Position numbers and translations under genes: made by a program. From NCBI GenBank assembly GCA_030141605.1, contig JAQGDQ010001151.1:1-59170 (forward strand): a DNA stretch of 59,170 bases, in the 5' to 3' direction. The DNA comes from Tubiluchus corallicola. Lineage: Eukaryota > Animalia > Priapulida. The stretch's first letter is position 1; each line of letters begins with the position of its first letter. This document shows positions 17,044 through 59,170 of this stretch, piece after piece. The notes beneath the pieces were generated by a model that saw nothing but the letters and a program-made list of their open reading frames with translations, was not told where the DNA came from and ran no database searches.

Positions 17044-17536
17044 TATCGTATTTTGAATCACCATACTCAATTGGGATTAATTCCAGAGCCTGTTGACAAT
17101 TCACACATTGACTATTGCTGCCTAGAAATTTGAAATATTGCAAAAGTTTCATATTATTATTCGGATTCAAGGTACCTGTATTTTTACTATGTTACCGTTT
17201 AGTAGTATTGTCACCGTTTACACAAGTATAATGGTTACTGTTGAGATTGTTACTTGTGTGATGGACTATTTCAAAGCTGTGCTCTTGCATTTTTTTTGTT
17301 TGATGCACTTTGTTCTTTGCTGTGGTTTGTTATATTACATAATTGATACAGTTTATTTTTTTTGGAACAGCTTGTCTGTACCTTAAAGGAAAATTATAAG
17401 TTATTCTGCTATTATGAGATTTTTGTAAAATTTGCCGGTGTTTAGTATTTTTACACTGTAACAGCCAGTTTGTTAGTAGTTACAAACGTTTATAGTTTTC
17501 CAAATATTTGTAACGGAATCGTGTGACGAAATGCAC

Positions 17537-17542
17537 AATAAA
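17537..17542 (+). promoter_or_regulatory. Candidate polyadenylation signal for the Bax-like gene
   Basis: AATAAA followed by T-rich sequence at the end of a long T/GT-rich 3'UTR-like stretch. Confidence 0.35.
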
Positions 17543-17854
17543 ATGATTTTTACTTTGGAATTAGCACTGTTATCTTTAGTGGATTGAATTGACGTAGTTT
17601 AGTTGAGTTCATTTCTGACATTTAAATAATTTTCGGCATTTTAAAACGCGGCAAATTACTGAAAAAGAACAATTACATTTTTGCCTGGTCTGCAGATATT
17701 TCTAATCTAAGGCAGAAAGCTCACCTTTAGTCTGTAAATATTTCTTCGCAATTAGAGGTACTGCGTAATATGAGACAAACAATTACTGCAAGGCTTTGGA
17801 ATGTGTATTCTTATCACAGCTTTATACACGGTGAATTACATTAGCTAAAACAGT

Positions 17855-18192
17855 TAGGGGTGAGCATTAAACATTCGATTCGAACGAGTTTTTTAGCTCG
17901 AATTCGATTGATTCCTAAATTTATGGATTCGAATAATTCAGGACTTCAGCCACGCATGTTCTTTATCATTAAAATGTTTGAAACAGCCTGCAGTTTCTGT
18001 GCTAAATTTTTAATAAACTAACAGTGCTGCAAAAAGTACTGTGCATGATCTTTGTAAGACCACTTTTTACTAGTGGTTCGAAAATCTTTCAAATTGGATT
18101 CAGATTCGAAATACTGAAATTCGGTTCGATTCGAATTGGAAAGTCACAAATTCGATTCGAATTCGCTTTCTGGTAGAGAATGATCACCCCTA
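17855..18192. mobile_element. hAT-like MITE with TTCGAA-rich subterminal repeats
   Basis: TAGGGGTGAGCA...TGATCACCCCTA inverted termini. TSD not preserved. Confidence 0.65.
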
Positions 18193-18931
18193 GTTGATAT
18201 GACAATGGTTGACATACACTGATAGCAGAGAGCAAGCAAACGACCATTGTTTGATCAGCTGTACGTGAAATCTGAACATGAAATTATACAAATAAACCAA
18301 CTTGGAAGATTTAAATAATATTGCATTTATTTTGTATCCACAATAAATTCACTGGCAACAAAAGTAGCAAAGTGCATGCATAAGAACAAATAGTATAATA
18401 ATGAATAGAATTTAAAACATTGCGTAGTGCATCACATAATAGCGAAAAAAGCCGTATATACATATAAAAATAGGTCAAAAATTCTAGAATTATGTGCAGT
18501 TTTATGCGATCTATGCTAAAATACAAACTAATATTTATAATTTTATAGTATAAATGCTACACAATATGTGAAATGGAATGAATGCTAATATACATGTCTC
18601 TTCTTTAAATGTTATCACACATGAAAAATGTTAGCAGTCGAAATATTTTTGTTCATTTTCCTGTTATGCCTCTTGCACAGTGGAATATCTGGGATAAATA
18701 TAGTTATCCCGCGGAGGGCCGGCTCTACCACTAAGCAAACTAAGCAGTTGGGGTGCCAGTTTCTAGGAACAAATTCTTTAATTTTTAAGTTTACCATAAA
18801 TAATAGCAATGTATATGTAACTGCTTAAGTGCACAACACTTTAATTAAAGGAAAGAACTATTTTCCTTATTTCCCTGACAAAATGTGCGATTCATTGACG
18901 CCAGAAAGTGGCTTCTTACAAAAACACTGTA

Positions 18932-19262
18932 CAGTCAACCCTCGTTAAACCGGACTAATTGGGGGTGGGTGGGTGGTCCGGTATAGCCGATTGTCCGATT
19001 CATCCGATATGCCTATATGTGGTCTATATTATACAGGAATAATCACCTAACAAGGCCTATATCCATTGCACTATATTCTATACTGTATATTACTTTAAAA
19101 TAGTTAACCTGTGAGGATAAAGAAATTATTGTACAGTTGGTAGGTCGTGTTGTGTTTAGCGCTCCGGCTCGGATGGAAATCGGTCAGTTTCTTTTACCAT
19201 GGATGACGTCCGTCTTATCCGATATCCGGGCTAACGGGGTCCGGTTTAACGAAGGTCGACTG
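18932..19262. mobile_element. Tc1/pogo-type MITE
   Basis: ta-CAGTCAACCCTCGTTAAACCGGAC ... GTCCGGTTTAACGAAGGTCGACTG-ta. Confidence 0.85.
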
Positions 19263-21310
19263 TACTTTAGCTTTATCTGGTTTCCTAAGATTACGTTAAT
19301 TTACTCAGACACTACTGCTCTGCTTTAACCCGCAGTTTCTACTGTGTGCTTACAGCAGCAGAGCGAAGAAAGGACTCATAGCAAAACGATCTTTCCATTA
19401 ATTAAAAAAGTTTCTTAAAATCTAATTACAGCAGATAAACTTGCAAGAACCGAAATGTTCAGCAGCGGAAGACGGGAAACAAAAAATAAAGAAGCTGGTG
19501 GACATTGAACAGCCAAATAATCTCTACTGAAGTAGTTGCAACCAGACCAGAGAGATGGTTGTGAAGATGACAAAGCTAGAAGGGAAATGGACCTATACGT
19601 GAGAAAAAGGAGTAAAAATTTCAAAATTTTTCCCATGAAAGGGATGAAGGAAAATTCCCAAAAGCAGTACAAATTTAATTGCTCCTGAAGATCCAAGATG
19701 TACAGCGGGGTCATAAATTCGATTTAAAATTCAATCAACACAAGCTGTAGCTAGGTAATTAGCTACACTTAATTAGTACATTATAATACATGTATGAGCC
19801 TAACGCACTTTATTTATACAAGAGAAATTCAATTTTGGGGGTATGGTGTAGACAATGGCGTAGAGGTTGACCGCTGAGGAAGATCCCTAAACATACTTCT
19901 GGTTAGGGTGCAAAAGTACATAGAGCCGGGTTGATCTTACGGTGGGATATCTTGTCAATTTTTGAAATAAAGAATTCACGCTAGTTAAGCTTGTCAGATA
20001 CAACTCTGAGAGCATTACTTTCTTTGTATAATCACACAGTTTAGCACTGCAACCTGACATCCCAAGTGTTACTGGGCTCAACATTGCATAATCTCGGTCA
20101 CTAAACATGCATGTTACTGTAACTATGTATATGACTATTGACCTCTGCAAATGCTCGGGAAATATAACATGCAATATCCCATAGGGGGGGGGGGTACATA
20201 AACCTTGCTGGTCTTACTGTGTATTTCTTAAAGAAACGATATAAGTACACTTTATCAGACGGCAGGGCATTTTTCAATCACTGTCTGTAGTACTAAAAGC
20301 ACTGCAGCAAGTCTACTGAATAAATCTAATCTATATCTCAAAGAGGAAACATCTTAGCTTACATTGATTTTATCTCTTACAAGCGCTGACCTCACCTATA
20401 AATATGCACCTAGAAATTGTGACAGATTATTACAATTACCGTTAAAATTTGACAGATTATTACAATTATTACAATTACCGTCAAAATTTATACAAACACT
20501 TGCTAAAAAATGTACAAATAGTAATTTATAGAAATAGCTTTACAAGTCGTAAGTTAAACAATATACAAGCACAATTTAAGAAGATCATCACACATGATTT
20601 TTATAACATCTATATTCTGTATCCAAAAGAATGACAAATTCATATTGCAAATCAACGCGTAGACGATCAAGCTGACATGATTTGGGTACCGGGACTAATA
20701 TGAACAATTTTTACTAAACTGAAATACAACAGAGCATCACATAAAAGAATTTCTACTAAAATTAGAAAATGTTACATGGAAATGTGTGAATTCATGGACA
20801 TCACGTCAATAACAATGATAACACTCAAGAAAATGATTACAGCTATAGTTCAATATTTGAGTACAACAGACAATACGACTTCAAGCCGATGAGTACCAAA
20901 ACTCGTACTTTAATTTGCAACACAAAATTATCGCGCTAAGGCCGCTTTACAAAAAAAGCTGTACTTTGGTTAATAACAATAATTGCTACACGTATGTAAA
21001 AGTGCAACTAAAAAGGGAGGGTTACCTTGTAAAGTTAAACACAGTACTTAGTCTTTGGTTAAAAATAATTACCAACACAAAAGCAACAACTGCCAGCACA
21101 CTTGCAATGTTGCACTATTAAACATACACAATCATACGCTCACTGAATTCAAATCAGAAGTATTTTTTCCCTGTAACGGATTTCATCTGAGAGGCTCCTG
21201 TCCCCCTTTATAAATTAAAAGGAATAACCGTCACTGCAGCTAAATATTCTCATAGAAACACTCTGCACTTATAGAAGCACTATAGTTGATTAAACCTCAT
21301 TTGCAGCACT

Positions 21311-21620
21311 AATACATTGTTACAGATAAACAAACAGCACAAATACATTGTTACAGATAAACAAACAGCACAAATACATTGTTACAGATAAACAAACAGC
21401 ACAAATACATTGTTACAGTTAAACAAACAGCACAAATACATTATTACAGATGAACAAACAGCACAAATACATTGTTACAGATGAACAAACAGCACAAATA
21501 CATTGTTACAGATGAACAAACAGCACAAATACATTGTTACAGATAAACAAACAGCACAAATACATTGTTACAGATAAACAAACAGCACAAATACATTGTT
21601 ACAGATAAACAAACAGCACA
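21311..21620. repeat. 31-bp minisatellite (AATACATTGTTACAGATAAACAAACAGCACA) x10
   Basis: Directly visible. Lies downstream of the LMLN stop codon, possibly in its 3'UTR. Confidence 0.95.
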
Positions 21621-21948
21621 CACGTCACTGACACGAATGTCACAATAAATTTTTACAGCAACGGTAAAATAAATTAAAAAAAACTAATATGTACAAGACT
21701 TTGTTGGACAGGCAAAAATGGCAAAAAGGGAGAAAGCACGACTGAAAAGACAGACGGCACTTGCATGAACTGCCGCTACTGCACAAAACTAAACATGTTT
21801 TTACACGTTTCAATGCACAGAAAAGGGGTATGGTTTAATGCAGTGCTAACTGATACTACTTCCTTTCTGGTACTGCCTGTTCTGTCAATGGTGGTATGGA
21901 AAAAACTGACTGCAAAAACCAGTGAACAGTATCTTTGTTTTCTCTTAC

Positions 21949-21987
<39 letters not shown>

Positions 21988-22262
21988 ATATATGTGTGTG
22001 TGTGCGTGTACATTGACAAGTTATCAAGGTACCAGCACTTTGACAAGTTTGTTAGAGATATTTCTTTTGTATGTAGTTAGGGTAAAATAAGCAGATACAG
22101 TTGTCTGTAGTAAAAGTTAGTACAGTTGTTATGAAGCACTAATTTAGAACTAATTTCATTTTAACAGTTTTACAGCCACCACAACTGCATGTGTTTTCAG
22201 TCATGCTCTCGAAGTGAAGTGAAAAATATTTACAACATTGTAAAGACTAGTCTACACGATCC

Positions 22263-43473
<21,211 letters not shown>

Positions 43474-43591
43474 TTTAGATTGAAGCGCCACCTAATGAGC
43501 ACAGTTTTTTTATCCAAATAGACGGAAGATGCAGCGGAAATTACGTCTTGTGGTTATAACGTATGGGTAGTTCGTAGCACATGCGTGAAAA
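43474..43591. promoter_or_regulatory. Bidirectional promoter region between LMLN and SEM1
   Basis: 118 bp between divergent ATGs. ETS-like CGGAAG and CGGAAA, NRF1-like GCACATGCG, and a YY1-like AAAATGGCGG over the SEM1 ATG. Confidence 0.7.
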
Positions 43592-44777
43592 ATGGCGGAC
43601 CCTTCTAAAAAGATTGATTTAGGGCTTTTAGAAGAAGATGACGAATTTGAGGAGTTTTCCGCAGAAGGTACGACTCTTACTTCGAATGTAATTAATTATG
43701 AATGAAAATAAATATATTCAACTTGTTTGGAAAATATGATTTTATTTTCTTTGAATGTTTACTTGAATGATGACTGTGCATGTTTCAGATTGGACTGCTA
43801 AAGAGGAAGATTTAGATGATGTTAATGTTTGGGAGGATAACTGGGATGACGACAATGTTGAAGACGATTTCAGCAGGCAGTTAAGGTAATACTTATCGTA
43901 AGTAAGTAAGAATTTTATTTTGCAGCATCTAACAGTAAACAGCCCGGGAATGACCGAGAGTGCCAGACCCCCACTTAGAAAATAAAATCCGGGAAGTTGT
44001 CGTTTGTCCACATTTTGCAAATAATAACATTGTGTTGCTGCAAATAGGAAGTCAGATAGAGCAGAAGAAGACAAGTCCGACAGTGACAACATACTTATGG
44101 AAAATTGGAGAGTTTTCTGAGCTGAAATTAAGTCAAACAGGAAAATGTTAGGCAGATTACTGAACAATGAGATGAAGCTGAGAGTAACGTCAAGTGCAAT
44201 CAAAATAATTTTCTGACATTAATTATGTTAACTGACCAAGTGTATTCAAGCTATGTTAAGTTTAAAAAGTTTTTAATATGCTTGGTAACACACCACTAAC
44301 CCACTCTGATGCCACATTTAATGGTGTCCAAGATCTGGCATTACAGTGAGGTTTGACTATATATTTTTTCCCTTGATAAGCTTTAATAGGCTTCTTGTTG
44401 CCGCTTCAGTACCATTTTAATTATAGCGAAGAATGATACCTCACATTATATGCTACAGCTTTATTACAAGCAAAAATTAGGTTGCAGGTGACCTGCATTA
44501 CTTTTACACACAATTTGTAGTGTTAGAGCCAGTATTAGTATTGTAGGTTAGTATTGAAAGACTGTCAAACGTTATTCAAAATTATCACGTGAAAAGTAGT
44601 TTGCTGTAGTGTGAACTTTGTAATTCTAGTGCGGAATAACAAAATTTCAATGCAAACTGTTTACGTCTTGATTACTTTCTTTCATAACGAGTTTTGTAAA
44701 TTTTCATTTATTTTTACAGGGCTGAATTGGAGAAACAAGGTCACAAGGTGGATACAAAGCCAATGGAGACTTCTTAA
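43592..44777 (+). CDS. SEM1: 26S proteasome complex subunit SEM1/DSS1, 3 exons, 76 aa
   Basis: Exons 43592-43667, 43789-43885 and 44720-44777 (GT-AG, phases 1 and 2). Protein [76 protein letters not shown]. Confidence 0.96.
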
Positions 44778-45424
44778 CATCTGCTTTGTACATAATATAA
44801 TTATCATTTTCGTCATTAAAATATTTCAACGCAAATATTTTTACACTTTGAGAAATGTGTGCATATTACGAGCTGTGGTAAGCTGAAAGTGGACATGGTT
44901 TGGTTTGATTTTCCACCTCGGAAGGTTTTATAATTCTATTTTTAGGAATTTGTTGTTACTTCATTATACTGTTTTTACACTAATGCTTCAAACAAGAGCT
45001 AAGCAAGCAGAAATAGTGTCAAATATGCTATTTTGAAGTACTTAGGAACAAACTCAATTTTATAACTTATTTGGAGCACCATGTTTTTTGCGTATGTGTA
45101 CTTTCAATTTTTAATATGAAAAAATCTATAGTAGTAGACTAGATGGTTCTCTCAGCTGTACTTCACATGCTTGTGGTAATTTTTTTATAACTTTGGCTTT
45201 TAGCTGATGAAGTTAACATGTATGTATGTCATGTATGTTGTGTTGCTTGATAAAATACCATAACATCTAAGCTTCAATGACAACCCTATAATAATTGTTT
45301 ATTTCTTTTCCCGTATGTACAAGTTTAGTGAACATTATTATCATCATCATTATTATTATTAAATTACTATGTACACATAAAATCCATGAATATTTAAAAT
45401 AAATTGGCTAAATACCACAAAATG

Positions 45425-58820
<13,396 letters not shown>

Positions 58821-59170
58821 CTAAAATGTTAAAAGAAATTAGCAGCAATAGGAATGCAGAAGTTATAATTATAATTTCAGAAGCTCAGTTTTCCAATTTA
58901 AAAAATTGTTTTAAAATACAATTACACTTTCTGCTTTAAACAATCAGCCATTTAAATTTTTTTCAGCTTTTCATAGGAATGGAAGCCTATAAATACAATT
59001 GATTAATAATTAGAAGGAAAAATTCAGTGACGTAATTTACTGCATTCATGTTTCTATACCTAGCTCGCAACACTGCATCACAAAATTGTTTGCTAAATTT
59101 TCATCACAGCTTAAACAAAAAAAAATTTACCAACGTATTTCACTAAGTTAGCAGAAATCTATATAACAAC

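Noticed and set aside
43742-44203. 153-aa minus-strand ORF
   Set aside because: Antisense shadow of the acidic SEM1 exon 2 and its intron.
44160-44222. Possible intronic C/D snoRNA in SEM1 intron 2
   Set aside because: CTGA is present, but there is no canonical RTGATGA C box or convincing terminal stem.

Overview
AT-rich, intron-containing animal (invertebrate-like) genomic DNA, not prokaryotic. I reconstructed five host genes by hand from splice sites and reading frames. (1) A receptor guanylyl cyclase: its last three exons are on + (4541-8472), but its coiled-coil hinge exon is on the opposite strand (664-804). (2) A Bax-like gene with an intronless CDS (14949-15653 +). (3) A complete 17-exon leishmanolysin-like/invadolysin metalloprotease, LMLN (43473->22263 -, 667 aa). 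(4) SEM1/DSS1 (43592-44777 +), head-to-head with LMLN with only 118 bp between the start codons. (5) The 3' part of a FASTKD1-like RAP-domain gene (58820->45425 -). The introns and intergenic DNA are dense with mobile elements: a 5'-truncated RNase H-bearing LINE with a 13-bp TSD, three related solo-LTR-like copies (one inflated by a 29-bp minisatellite), a 5S rRNA-headed SINE3-like element, a tRNA-headed SINE, a 49-bp RTE-type tail with a 17-bp TSD, many hAT/Tc1-pogo/piggyBac/Kolobok-type MITEs and several mini/microsatellites. Most long ORFs in the supplied track are repeat artefacts. The best leads are the strand-split guanylyl cyclase, the 5S-headed element and the satellite born inside an LTR. 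All family assignments come from motif recognition, not database searches.
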